64,000 nucleotides of DNA from Octopus vulgaris (Eukaryota): NCBI GenBank assembly GCA_951406725.2, contig OX597832.1, forward strand, positions 12,772,001-12,836,000, written 5' to 3'. This document shows, one piece after another, positions 27,702 through 40,737 of the stretch. A program made the position numbers and the translations under genes. Position 1 is the stretch's first letter, and every line of letters begins with the position of its first letter. The notes under the pieces were generated by a model. The model searched no databases. It was not told the DNA's origin and saw only the letters and a list, made by a program, of their open reading frames with translations.

Positions 27702-28699
27702 ATTACATATTATATATACGCACACATAATAGTGTATGAAAACTGCGTACATGTGTATGTATATACATCTAAATAAACAGGGTTTCTTTCCTGACACATG
27801 TGTTAATGCGTTTATTACAGAAATATCCGAAGATAAGGTTTTTTTTTGTAGTTATGGACATTGATGCATAATACCTATTTAAATTTAATTGTTATTAATT
27901 GGACCATTTAATGTGCTTCGTAAAATTATACAATACTGAAACATGAAAAGAGACAATATTCCAAACAAAAACTCATTTCAGACAGAACCGACAGGAACAA
28001 ATAAAGTTAAAGTTGTATAAGAAAACTCAATAATCTTCAAGCGATATCATCTCACCATGGATAAGGCTTTATGCCTAAACAATGAGACATTGTGTCATAA
28101 TAGAAAATTTTGATAAACACACGCATGACGACATATACACCTATAAAAATATATTATGTATTATACACACATATATATGTTTCCTTGTTTTATCTCGTAT
28201 CATAAATATGTCTGAGATATTCTTAGGCCTATTTATAGACTGATATTTATACAATACCGTGTTGAAGATGAATAACGAAAGTTCTTTGTTTGGTATAATG
28301 ATAAGTGTATTGACTAGATAACAAGCGTACTTGTTATCTAATAAAATAAAACCACCTACATGAGAATATATTCTTCTCAGCAAAACAAATACAGTGATAA
28401 TTTGGAAATATATTTAATGTTATTTTAAGCAAATTGCTATGAAACACATTTATAATGAAGTGGAAAATCAGTGATATAATATATAATAGTGAAATTGTTA
28501 TGGAACGGTTTTAAGACGGCACGCATTAAAAAAGTGTTTTTATAAAATTTTAGGGGGGAATTTCTAATATTTTTGCCCCCCGAGTCTAGCAAGCTAACGT
28601 ATTTAATACTATTGGTACAGTTGTTTAACTTTACCCTTTCGTCTCCGCATTCCCCTCAAAGTGTGCCGTGAATATAACTTTTCAAATAATTGTTTTGCA

Positions 28700-28950
28700 T
28701 CTAGTTCTGTGCAATTTCCTTGAATAGGACACATCGAAATTGTTCTGAGGTTACACTGAAATTCATGGCTGCATCCTTGATATGCAGTAAGTAGCGCGTT
28801 GAAATTCCACATTTCATACTGTACAAAACAGCTGCGAAAAAACAAGGTGTATAATCATAGAAGACATTTCCTCACCAAAGCCTTTAAAACTAATAACCTC
28901 CCTATTAGAACATTCCAAAATATCCCGTGCCTTTCGGAGACTCCATGTAT
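28700..28950 (+). mobile_element. Possible Tc1/mariner 3' end
   Basis: Ends in CCGTGCCTTTCGGAGACTCCATGTA, like a Tc1-type TIR plus TA, followed by (TATG)n. Confidence 0.35.
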
Positions 28951-29280
28951 GTATGTATGTATGTATGTATGTATGTATGTATGTATGTATGTATGTATGT
29001 ATGTATGTATGTATGTATGTATGTATACATTAACATTCAGTAGATAGAACAATGACTCCAAGTTCGAGAGTTTCTTGCGTTGGCACTTATCAGTCTTATC
29101 AATCAAATGGCACAGCCAACACACAAAAAACTCTCGAAAATTGACCCAGTAAGTTACTTCTGCTAAATATTAATAAAAATTTACAAACATTCATATTTTG
29201 AGTTGCATTTTACCTGTTTTGCATCTATCTATTTATCTATCTAGCAAGCTAGCTAGCTAGCTTGCTATATATATATATAT

Positions 29281-29515
29281 AATAATAAATATTAGGGAAT
29301 AAATCCCAAAAACTCGCCAAGAAAATTTTGAAACCACCTGATGAATGCTACTCAAAAATTTGTTGACAGAAGACAGGAAACGATCGTAGTGGATATTAAT
29401 TATATTTTTTAATAATTGTTACATATCTAAATAATATAAATTAATTTATGTATTGGCTTAAGTCTTTCATTGTTTGATTTGCATAATAGTGGTTTTGTCT
29501 CTAATTTAATATAAT
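29281..29515 (+). mobile_element. Short PLE-end insert in (TA)n containing a minimal hammerhead
   Basis: (TA)n flanks; hammerhead at 29334-29392. Confidence 0.7.
29334..29392 (+). ncRNA. Minimal type I hammerhead ribozyme (stem II decayed)
   Basis: CCAC-CTGATGA-(32 nt)-GAAA-CGATCG-TA-GTGG: stem I CCAC/GTGG, palindromic stem III, GUA triplet. Confidence 0.72.
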
Positions 29516-29650
29516 ATATATATATATATATATATTGAGGAAAAAGAAAATAAACAAAAAACGAATAATGGATGTATGAATAATTTTAAAAGACATAACA
29601 GTAGAAATAAATAGCTTGCAAGTTGTAAAGGTGAAAAGATAAAATAAAGG

Positions 29651-29767
29651 GACGTACATATAGGTTTCTGTCCTATCATCTAGGTTATCATAATTTCCAA
29701 GCATTTCATTAAATGCTAAGAAAGGTATCATGTTCTAGCTTTATGGTGGTAGGACTTCTTCAGGGTC
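29651..29767 (-). ncRNA. Degenerate hammerhead with long stem II
   Basis: Minus strand GACC-CTGAAGA-AGTCCTA...TAGGACA-GAAA-CCTATATG-TA-CGTC; one mismatch each in stems I and III. Confidence 0.55.
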
Positions 29768-29999
29768 AATTCAGAGCTCATGGAACAAGGGTAATCACTT
29801 TTGTTTTGAAAGAGGAATATAGATCATTAATGGGTTAAAAAAAAAAGGTTTCCCTCAATAATATATAACTTCAACACTCTCTAACATATAATAACGACTT
29901 TATATGATATGGATTAACTAGTGGAATACCTTGGCTTATATAATCCCTAATTATGATATAACCTCGAATTAACATATTTATATAAATGTATATATTTTA

Positions 30000-30036
<37 letters not shown>

Positions 30037-30449
30037 CAGTGTATATATATTCGGATTGATTAGTATCCAGTGAAAGAAAGAGAATAGCAGTGTAAAATCG
30101 TAGAGATTTTACTTAACTTACGCAGAAAATTATATGAGATATCGTTGCATTACTTCAAACAAGAGAAATCAATTGCTATAACAAAAATACACAATAATTT
30201 CAAAGATCATATTTGCAGAACTTAAAGGGAGGAGGACGAGATGGAGGAGGAATATTCAGAGAGAAGCATACAACAAATAAATTAATCAATATCGTATTAG
30301 CTTACTTTCGGAAGAGAAAACAGTTATCATCTTCTATTTGAGTTTGTTTAAGATGGTCGACTTGGCATATGTCATTAATTCTCAATATTTCAACTTCACA
30401 TTACCTACAAACATATGTCCTTTAATTCGAGCCACACACACACACACAC

Positions 30450-30508
30450 CGTGGCGGCGTTGCTGGCAGTACTGGCGGTGACCAAGACGACGACGACGAC
30501 GACAACGC

Positions 30509-30570
<62 letters not shown>

Positions 30571-30965
30571 AGGATGGTGGCGGTGATAATGGTGGTGGTA
30601 ACGATGATGATGATGATGATGATGAGGAGGAGGAGGAGGAGGAGGCGGGTGATTATTATGACGGCGAGGACGACGATGACCACGACGACGACGATGACTA
30701 CGACGATGCGGATGATGATGATGATCATGATAACGACGGTGATGTTGATGATGACGGTGATGGTTATGAAGATGATGAGGACTATGAAGATGGTGATCGC
30801 GATCGTACTAGTGATTGTGGTGGAGGTTGCGATGGCGGCGCTGGTGGTTGTGGTTGTAGTGGCAGGATGATTTCGATGGTTACGATGATGAGAGCGGAAG
30901 CAGCGGCAATGATAATGAAGAGGATGATGAAGAAAACTACGATGAACATAACAATGCTGATAAGA
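30450..30965. repeat. Compound trinucleotide tract (GAT/GAC/GGT/GAG)n
   Basis: Direct reading; produces the poly-M/T/I/V ORFs. Confidence 0.93.
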
Positions 30966-31479
30966 AGCATTAATAAGATTATTTAAAGTACGAACTGTCT
31001 GTTCAGAGTTTGCTCTGATCAGCAAGGCATAAAAGAGTAGAACATACAATAATCGTACTTAAAATAGACATTTTGAATAATGCCATGTAATTTAGGTTTA
31101 ATGCAATACATTATTAGCTGACAATCGAATGTTGAAAGGAGAAACACCAAACCACTATTATTTCTAACTCTAATCTAGCGCTGATGCGACAGAAATACCA
31201 AAGTAATTTCTCCAATATCAGGTTGAATCAAAATTCAAACAAATAGCGTCAAATTATTGTTTTGCATCAAGAAGATTTTAACTAAGAAATACAGAAAATA
31301 CACATAGTCGGAACAATTGTAACACACATTGATAAAATGCGTATATATCGCGGTAATATAGATATATATATATTATGGGGTGCTACTCTCAGATATGCGA
31401 CGATGCTGCTAATGCAACACACACAGATATATTAGATAATTTGATAGATTGCTACGAAGAGTATTAAAATCACAATTAA

Positions 31480-31760
31480 AGCCTCTGGCCCACCAGGTGT
31501 GCGTTCTGCACCTTCTGCACTTTTAATGACACAGTTGTGAAATTCGTTCTTTGAAGACTTCTTCCGTACCACCGACAATCCAACTTTTAAGAATCATTCA
31601 TCTTATTTTTTTCTCATTGCAATTTTGTGTTCCTCAAGATTCCACAGTAATTATTGTCCCAGCCAGAAAGAAACTATACAGGGATATCATACCTTTCGCA
31701 AGGCTTACCCTCAACTGCCGAAAAATCTGAGGAATAATCTGAGAGGGAACTTGGTGTAGG
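31480..31760 (-). mobile_element. Possible PLE GIY-YIG relic
   Basis: Minus strand YDIP...GWDNNYCG and EEHKIAMR (cf. VYxIPC...YIG...RxxEH). Confidence 0.35.
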
Positions 31761-31834
31761 TGGTATCATAGGCAGTGAAGTTTAAAACGAATTAGAGGTG
31801 GGCGAGGAAAATAATATACATATACATACATACG

Positions 31835-32465
31835 AATGAACCGGTCTGGGACCGAATAGTGACTGGTGATGAGAAATGGGTTATCTATAAAAATGTCAAA
31901 TGCGGAAGACAGTGACTAGGAGAAACACCAGCACCTCAAGCTAAAGAATGTTTTGACCCGCGTAAGGAGTTGTTATCTGTTTGGGAGATATGTGAAAGGT
32001 TTGATCATCTTTTAATTTTTAAACTTGAGCGACTTAAGTAAGCACTAAAAGGAAAACCACCATACTTGATTTCAAAACGAAAGGTATTCTTCTACAAGGA
32101 TAATGCTCGACCACATACAATGAGGATGGCATTCCAACGGCTGGATCACATTGAATAGGAAATTATCCCACCATATTCGTCGGACATTGCTCTATCTGAT
32201 TATCATTTATTTCGCAGTCTTGAAAATCATTTGAACAGAAAAAATATGAATTCCGTAGACGAGGTCAGAACAGTAATGGAGGAGACATTCTCCTTACGGA
32301 CAAGCGAATTTTGGAAGAGGAGTCTTGCAATTCTACAGGATAGATGGAAGAGTATGATAGAAAATGAAGGAGATTATATTTTAGATTATTGAAGAATTGT
32401 GTTTAACGTCATTTAGGGAGATAAAAGAAGTATAAAAACCGCATTATTTATGAGATGAGTCAATA
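31835..32465 (+). mobile_element. Mariner transposon, 5'-truncated, transposase pseudogene
   Basis: DRIVTGDEKWVIY, KDNARPHT, PPYSSDIALSDYHLFRSLENHL, DRWKSMIENEGDYILDY* (stop 32390-32392); internal stops; right TIR-like CGCATTATTTATGAGATGAGTCAATA. Confidence 0.95.
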
Positions 32466-32510
32466 TGTGTGCGTGTGTGTTTGTTATATATGTTATGTAT
32501 ATATTACTGT

Positions 32511-32564
32511 ACTTTTATTCTTTTACTTGTTCCCATCATTTGACTGCTGCCATGCTGGAGCACC
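32511..32564 (-). mobile_element. SINE family A 3' tail fragment
   Basis: CTTTTACTTGTT...CATTTGACTGCTGCCATGCTGGAGCACC. Confidence 0.8.
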
Positions 32565-32599
32565 ATACTACATATCCCAATACAGATACACATTAAGAA

Positions 32600-33060
32600 C
32601 GATATCAAAGAAAGGGTAAACGTTTAAGAATGTGAGTAAGGGCAAAACCCAAATGTTCATGAGGGGACATGAGAAAATAAACTTAACAAGCACTAACACA
32701 CGCTAAGAAAAAATTTCGTTTGTAAGATAGGCGTGTTAGATTAAATAGATAAGAAGGAAATGTAGGTAAGGGATGGTACTTTTATGAAAAATGTCAACTG
32801 GGTGCCAGTAGAGCAGGAATAGAAAATGTTTATAGTATTGGAGGAGAGGGAGGGTAATGCATAAATATAATGTGTAGCAACATGCGTATTTGCACAATTC
32901 GGTTTATATGCACGAAAGCTTTGTGATGAGGCATTGTGGAAAGAAAGCGTTTTAATTCACGTATTTTGAATGCATTTTTGGAAAAGCTAAGAATAGTAAG
33001 CATTTCTCTATACGTTTAATAGTAGAAAGTAAATAATTTCATTTTCTTTAGAGATGGCTT
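32600..33060 (-). mobile_element. Possible Naiad-type PLE 3' relic
   Basis: Minus strand SNTINIFYSCST (cf. NTVKxSYSC) and a pyrimidine-rich sense strand, as in the other copies. Confidence 0.35.
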
Positions 33061-33320
33061 TTATAAAACGGAGCACATTAAAATGTTAAAGAAAAAAAAG
33101 TAAATAAGCTATGAGAAACAAAGACAACAAAGTGAAATCATTCACAACAGATATTGTTTTATTTCGGGAAGTAGGGGAGACAACTCTTGAGTTATTCCCA
33201 TGTTATGTGTTCAGTTGTGGATTATTGATTTCGCAATACTTAGCAAATTAGAAAATGACGGCTTATTTCAGATGTTTCTTCATATTTCATTGAGGTTCAT
33301 TGCAAATAACGCTTGTGTAT

Positions 33321-33859
<539 letters not shown>

Positions 33860-34379
33860 TGTTAGTTAATTGTTAGTTAATTTTTTATATATTCTACATA
33901 CGAACGCAATCTCTTTTACATAATTTAGAAGTTCAGAAATAGATTAACATTATTCAAAAATTTATCATCAAATTTAATTATCCATTACTAAAGTAGAACT
34001 TTAAAATTATCTAGTTAATTAATAGCTAAAGAATACAACGTAGCAAACAAGACAGCTTTAAACAATGAAGGCTATCATCCTTGGAAATGAAATAATGCTT
34101 ATTGAACATTGATTAATTCAAACAAAACACAACAAAAAAAAAAAGGGTGAAATAGAAGTAAAAAAAGCAAATATAAATTCAGTGACTTCAGGAGATAATA
34201 ATTATTAAGAAAGAATACAGTTATTGCGAAGATAAATCATCAAAACAGTTACAAACGTTTTTTCAGTCTTATTAGACCTCCTCGAAGAAACAGTAGCAGG
34301 TAAATCAACTGACAGAAAAGAATATCAGCTCATAGACTACAGTAGTACGTACGTTGGCATGACAACACAGCATACGTCC

Positions 34380-35110
34380 CGAAGGAAATGCCTTATGAAT
34401 ATTGTCCACATCTCATCACATCTACTTCACCCATTTATTCCTTAAAATGTCGTGAAGGCAGAGTCCTCAATCACGCCTTCCATCTGCTCCTGTTTGGAAC
34501 AAACAGGCCCAATTGATCCGGCTTGATTCCCAAGTGAGACTAATGGAGATTATGAATATTTTCCAACCATCTTCCTCAGAGCCTATGCCTGGGTTTCATG
34601 CTGGTTGCTTTTTTTACCCTGTAAACTTTTTCCGCCAATTCTTTTCCGCGATATTCTTACTACATATCCGTAGTATCGGATATGTGATTTCTACTAAATT
34701 CTAAGAAGTAGCTACTCTACCTGGAGTATTTCTTTGATCTCCAAGTTAATCCCTCTGTCGAGTAACGTTACTACGAACACCTTTGGAAGTATCCCTTTTC
34801 AGCCAGTGATGCTGTCACGACGAGGCGAGTAAAGATTTTCACAAAAAAGCCCTAGCTTTCGCAGGTCTGAGAACACTACCAAATTGATAAATGGCGCGAG
34901 TAAGACAACCAAAGCTGCAGTATAGTTAGACAAAATAAAAGCTTTCGCGCCGCATCGCATAGTCGTTCGCGCGGAGTCACAAGGGACGTGTTCATGCGTT
35001 TGGTAGAGGTGCGCATCTGGAAAGTGCATTACAGTTTTCATCTAACGCTGTGAAAACTAGCTAAAGCTCTGGGACATGTCATGGGAAGCGTAGGATGGAC
35101 GCAAAAAGTA
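34380..35110 (-). mobile_element. Decayed RTE-clade LINE (RT to 3' end)
   Basis: Minus strand AKAF...FINL and C-terminal PNRSRWKA, like the RTE xRxxWR end; multiple deletions. Confidence 0.55.
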
Positions 35111-35743
35111 TACGCTTTCTTCACAGAAGAGAAATATTTCAAAATATGTAACGTTGCTAATTTTATACTGAAAAGAATAGTAATTAGATGAAACAAAAAT
35201 TAAATTAGCTGTTATTTCTTAGATAGAAGATATCGATTTATCTGTATGATAACAATATCTCCTGATGCCAAAACCAGGAATAAACGTTGACACAAATTCT
35301 CATGCAACCACGCAATCTTAGTTGCTCTTTTGAATTTCTTTTGATTAATTATTAAGTTTGAAACTAAACATATTCAATGAATAAATATTTGATAAATTTG
35401 ATAGAAGAAATAATATAAATGGGTTAATGACAATGAATAAATCATTGCTTCCTATTCGTTGCCAAAAAATCGATATAACTCTTTGCTCGTTTATCTTTAC
35501 CTTCCAAAGTTTATTAAGTAACAGTTGATTATTTAACATGCAAGTGTATGCAAAGATGGAGTAATCAGAAAGACACTTTATCATCAGAAATGTTTTCTCT
35601 TCTTTTACATTCAAATACACTATGACGCATGTGTGGGTGAATTCTATATTCTTTACGTTTTTGTATTGCCCCTTCCAACACACAAATATATATCTATATT
35701 TACATATGGGCATATATATACATGTATATATATACCTACATAA

Positions 35744-35781
<38 letters not shown>

Positions 35782-35794
35782 CTCTCTCACTCTT

Positions 35795-35851
<57 letters not shown>

Positions 35852-35884
35852 TTGTGCGTGTGTGTGTGAGTGTGTGTGCAGTGG

Positions 35885-36300
35885 AGGATTTGAAAATGCA
35901 GAAGTCTTTTAAAGATGTTTATTGACTTCACCGGTTTCACATTTTTAAAAAAGATTTTCAAAAGTAATATGTAAGGCTTTGTGTAGCCTTTGATGGTGTT
36001 AAAAAAGAGTTAACATAGGTGTATTAAAATACAGTGATAGAGTCTTTGACATAAATAAGAAAATGTTAAGTGGGGCTTCATGTTTAAACTGTTTACATAA
36101 ATGTGTTCAAACTAAACAGAAAAATTAATTCATAATTATGTATAAGTTCATCAAAATTCATGGCAGTTTAGAAAAATATATACAGAAACAATTTGTAGAC
36201 AGCATTTGATAGTAGAAAGTGTGCATCGCTTCGTCAAAACTTCAACAGAAATCATATTTAAATATTTATACAGAAGTTTAGGGGAATGGCCAAACTTTTA
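35885..36300 (-). mobile_element. Possible PLE 3' end with hammerhead remnant
   Basis: Minus strand GAAACCGGT (core plus palindrome) followed by AATAAA, abutting a microsatellite; CTGANGA not intact. Confidence 0.35.
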
Positions 36301-37638
36301 TCTTCGTATCCAGTCTTGTATATATTTATATAAATATATAAGCATCCATGTATACTGAGGAACAACTTAGCCCCGAGGCCGAATTGGCACTCCTATTTAC
36401 TTAATATCTACTAATATAAGTGAAAAGGTTAAGCAATTTAAGATTAATAACATGCAATTGAGGACAGAAAGTATTTGAAATTTTACATTAAATTATATTA
36501 CAGGTATAATTATGAGTGTGTAATTGTTATAATGTTACCCAGCATAATTTAAAATCCCGTCATCGGAGACACTATGGTATGTTTCTAAAGTGTTGAATTT
36601 TTTAATCGAAAGAAAATAATACACACATTTTAAGACCTCTACAGCAGACTACTATGTAAGAATACTCCTCAGAAGAAGAGAAATGTTGGTTTGCGTATAT
36701 TTAACTATATCAATAAGAAAGTTAATTAAATTGCAACGAAATTAAAATGAGATCAGCGGATAGAATGTTTCTCCAACAGTGAACATTATATCACTTTAAA
36801 CAGTCACAAGGAGAACTTCAACTCTAATCCGAAATGTGGGTTAATTAAGTCATCGAAGAGTGAAATCGATTAATTAATAAACACATCCTAAATAATATAA
36901 ATGTCAAAATCAGATGAGCTACAGACCTATGACTAAAAGATTAGCGGGAAAACCAGCCTTCGCTCGATTCACATCCATGTGAAGAATGCTCTATTTAGCA
37001 TCAGAATAGAAGTCACTAGCAACACAATAGAATTGATCTTGAGCCAAGAAATCAATACCACAAAGTAACCAATTGTAAGATCGTTGAAGAGTTGACATTT
37101 CACTAAGATTGGTCCATATTAAAAGTACTTTATAGCTAATAGAACAATATCGTGAGAATAATCAAAGCCAACATATTATTGATGAGTACTTCATTAAGTG
37201 AAATTTCTAATGAAGCGTAATTGCTTAAGTGGGTTTTATTCATAAAGTGTGCAGTTATATATAAATTAATAATTATTTCGATTTCTTAAAGTATACTAAT
37301 TCACTGTATTTAGCATTGGAATTATAAAGAAATTCGCAAATTTCTAGAATATAATTTCCTGAAAGTTCATTAATACGAGTATATCTTTCTGTCTATTGTT
37401 CCTGGTGTTTTGTTTTTACTTTAACACTGTTTTTTTTAAAAATTCATTTTCCTATTTCACAGGTTACGAAAATTCTACCGAACGTATTACAGAATTGAGC
37501 AAAACGTTTTATTGGTGTTATAAATAGTATAAATACGGTTATAAATAGTTTAAACAACTAGTGTCTACAAAGTAACTTACTTCATAAACAAGTTTACTCC
37601 TTGATGTAGAAAAATAAACATTTACAAACAGACAGTAT

Positions 37639-37874
37639 CTTATTTCTTTACTGCCCACTAGGAGCTACACGCAGAGGGGACAAACAAGGACAGATAAAAA
37701 GGATTAAGTCGATTACATCGAGCCCAGTGCGTAACTGGTACTTAATTTATCGACCCCGAAAGGATGAAAGGCAAAGTCGACCTCAGCGGAATCTGAACTC
37801 AGAACGTAACTGCAGACGAAATACCTATAAGCATTTCGCCCGGCGTGCTAACGTTTCTGCCAGCTCGCCGCCTT
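37639..37874 (-). mobile_element. SINE family C, young full-length monomer
   Basis: tRNA-like head GGCGGCGAGCTGGCAGAAACGTTAGC, Meta-like core GCCTTTCATCCTTTCGGGGTCGATAAATTAAGTACC; TSD AAACAGACAGTAT at 37626-37638 and 37877-37889. Confidence 0.95.
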
Positions 37875-37959
37875 ATAAACAGACAGTATGGTGTCATTTA
37901 GTTCTTGATAGAGGCATGATATAAGCTGTCGGCATTACCCAAATGTGCTACTTACTATT

Positions 37960-38640
37960 TACGGAGATGACACGACTGACGAGACCAATGTACACAAATA
38001 GATGAAGGAGGAACAGCTTTGAATATATTCCACGTAGTAGGAGACCATCAGCTGCGACCACAGTCACGAATCGCCAACGAGTGGATGAATAATTTCTCGC
38101 TGACTGATGAATCACAATCTGTGAGGTTGCTGAAATGTGGGTATCGGTGAAGACATTAATATCATCTGAGGAGAAATGGATCTACTGTTATGAATATGAA
38201 ACGAAGACGCAGTCTCTTGAAAAGTGTCAGACTACGACTTTGAAGAGCCAATGAAGATAACAGTAAATAATTGCGAGTAATACAGGGGAATATATTGGCG
38301 CCAATCTTCTAAATGGACTTAAATGTTGCTGCACAGTGAACAGATAGTAAAATGTTGATACACACACATAAAAAAACAAAAGCAAAAATATAGATGGACC
38401 TATAAAGTATCTGAATATGGTCCGCATTCATTGTGACAAATTGCGACGGCACACATCTTTGGTAAGAAATCAGGTAATCTGCAAACTAGCTTTGGTGACC
38501 AATGGTACCACATCCACCAGAGAGTACAGATCTGATGACGACTGAATGCTTCCTATTCGAACCGGTGTAGAGTTGTCTCCGGAAACGAAAATTTGATGAT
38601 AATGACGAAAAGAAATTGGGAAGAAGTGGGTATACCAGGG
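37960..38640 (+). mobile_element. Second, older mariner transposase relic
   Basis: ISSEEKWIYCYEYETKTQS (cf. ITGDETWxYxYDPETKxQS) and VPHPPESTDLMTTECFLF (cf. PHPPYSPDLAPCDFFLF). Confidence 0.75.
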
Positions 38641-39544
38641 CACATTTGTTTGTGCTTGTCAGTCTGTGTGTGTGTGAGTATTTAAAAAATATACATTTGT
38701 CTCTCAAAACTACTGCTATGTGATATTTTTTGTTTGTTTGTATCACCCAAACAAGAAATATTTCTAAATATTTATTAGACATGCTACTAAAATATTTTGA
38801 TTAACTCCTGAATATAAATACAACACGGCTTAATGACGGAAGAGAAACTGCACATGACATAATACTTTGCGGTAATAAATTACCTCCCTTCACATAACTA
38901 ACGTTCCATCCCGAATCTTTAAAGGTTGCCGTTCAGTCGTCCACGTCAATAAAATAAATCAATGAAAATTAATTAAACCTCGAAATTTATAGTGTTCTGC
39001 CAGAGCAATAAATCATTATCATTAGCTGATGTTTGTGCTAACCCTTAATCTACAGACATGATCAAAGGTGCTAAAGCCATGAACATCTCTTATGCTTGTA
39101 TATCTAACGTTATATCATCCAAACAGACGTCCCTGTTTATAGACGATACCGTGTAATTTGAAAAGGGATTTGGCTGTCAATACTAACCGGAATAGAAACT
39201 CATCTGTATCTCATTAGATTGTGTGACTCGATGAAAGAAAACTGAATGCATTACAGACAGATTCGATAGAGCGATATTTTAGAATTATGTTAAAGTTCAA
39301 CGGTATGTTCACCTTCAATACAATCACATGTTACTCTTACCATTGAAAACGTTACCAGAACCACAGACTATAGAACTACAGACTGAATGCTAAACTGTGC
39401 CACCTTTTACCTTTTATTCCTTAGATGCAATAAAACTACATTTGTAAAACTCCAGCACTTTTGTCAGAAAATATTTATATTTATATTTTTGTACATATAT
39501 TGTTGTACCACTGGAGAATTAGTGAAGCAGTGAATCAAATATAA

Positions 39545-39800
39545 TGTTGCTCATTTTAGGGCAAATTCTGCGAGGTTACTGTCAATTATCCCTTTGTATC
39601 GGCCTTCTATTAGTGCCCTAGGCCATCCGGTCAAAATGTGGTTCAGTGTGCAAAGAGTTGCTGTACACTGGTTGCCGGATTGGCCTTCTTTTTCCATAAT
39701 ATCTAGCAGTACATATTGAATGAGCTGAATTTTGGGGGAATGTCCTACCACTTCCGCACGAATTTGCTGCGCAGCCTCTACATAGCCTCTGTAGTTATGA
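39545..39800 (-). mobile_element. Fragment of an RLE-type non-LTR retrotransposon (HERO/R2-like zinc-knuckle region)
   Basis: ORF 39551-39751 has TLNHILTGWPRALIEGRYKGIIDSNLAEFA, resembling LxHILSxCxxALxxGRYxWRHDxVL. Confidence 0.65.
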
Positions 39801-40346
39801 CTCCTATCCGAGCCACGGCAAGTTCGTAAAACAAAAATTGCAACTGCAGTCTAGGTACCTCAATATACGACTGGTACCGCAGTATTTCATTGACACTAGT
39901 GATATGGATTGTGAAGAAATGTGTATAACTAAATAATTGAAAGTTGAGAATTTTGCAGACAAGGAATCACTAACCAATTCATTTAGAATAAAATAAATAT
40001 TGATTTCATATAGTGTTACTTTAACACACAGTGAAGTACGACAATATTCTAGATTATGTAACTTACATGCATTACACATTGGTTTTATTGACAAGTGTTG
40101 AGTGCTGCACAAAATTTTATTGTAAGTCGATCAATGCTACTCAATAAAGTAAGAAAAATATCGACGTTCAATACCATTCCTGTAATATTTAAACAGAAAA
40201 CTATATACATAAATTGTAAATAATAAGTAAAACTAAATTGTATATAAAGTAGTGTTACTGCTGGCATGTCGCACCTCCCGCTGGTTGGGCGCGGTAAGAA
40301 GTACGAAGGGCGTGAGTTACTTCGTAACTAACAAATGGATATAATT

Positions 40347-40570
40347 TACAAGTGGGTGACTTGAAAAGTCCCTAGCTTTGCGTAAAGGAATATACAAGAG
40401 GTTCAATTAGTTATGATTTTGTTCAACATGTTCCCCACTCAGATTCACACAATTATTTCGGCGGTTCCTCAGTTTTTCTAAGACGTTTAAAAGAACTCGG
40501 AAGGTTAGGCCTCCAGCCAGGCCTTTCGCGATAGCTTTAAGGCCAGGCATTTTCAGCGCCCAGTCTTGCA
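40347..40570 (-). mobile_element. Mariner-derived MITE
   Basis: Imperfect TIRs GGGTGACTTGAAAAGTCCCTAGCTTT and TAAGGCCAGGCATTTTCAGCGCCC; interior encodes a mariner C-terminus LEKLRNRRNNCVNLSGEHVE on the minus strand. Confidence 0.8.
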
Positions 40571-40703
40571 ATAAAACTTTAATTGAAACATTTTTTGACA
40601 CCATACACAGATATAAACACGCATGCAAACATACACGCACGTACACACAGATACATACCTATATATATATATATATATATATATTACACACACAAACACA
40701 CAA

Positions 40704-40737
<34 letters not shown>

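Noticed and set aside
38532-38590. CTGATGA...GAAAC hammerhead-like spacing
   Set aside because: No stem I or III pairing, and it lies within mariner transposase-derived sequence.
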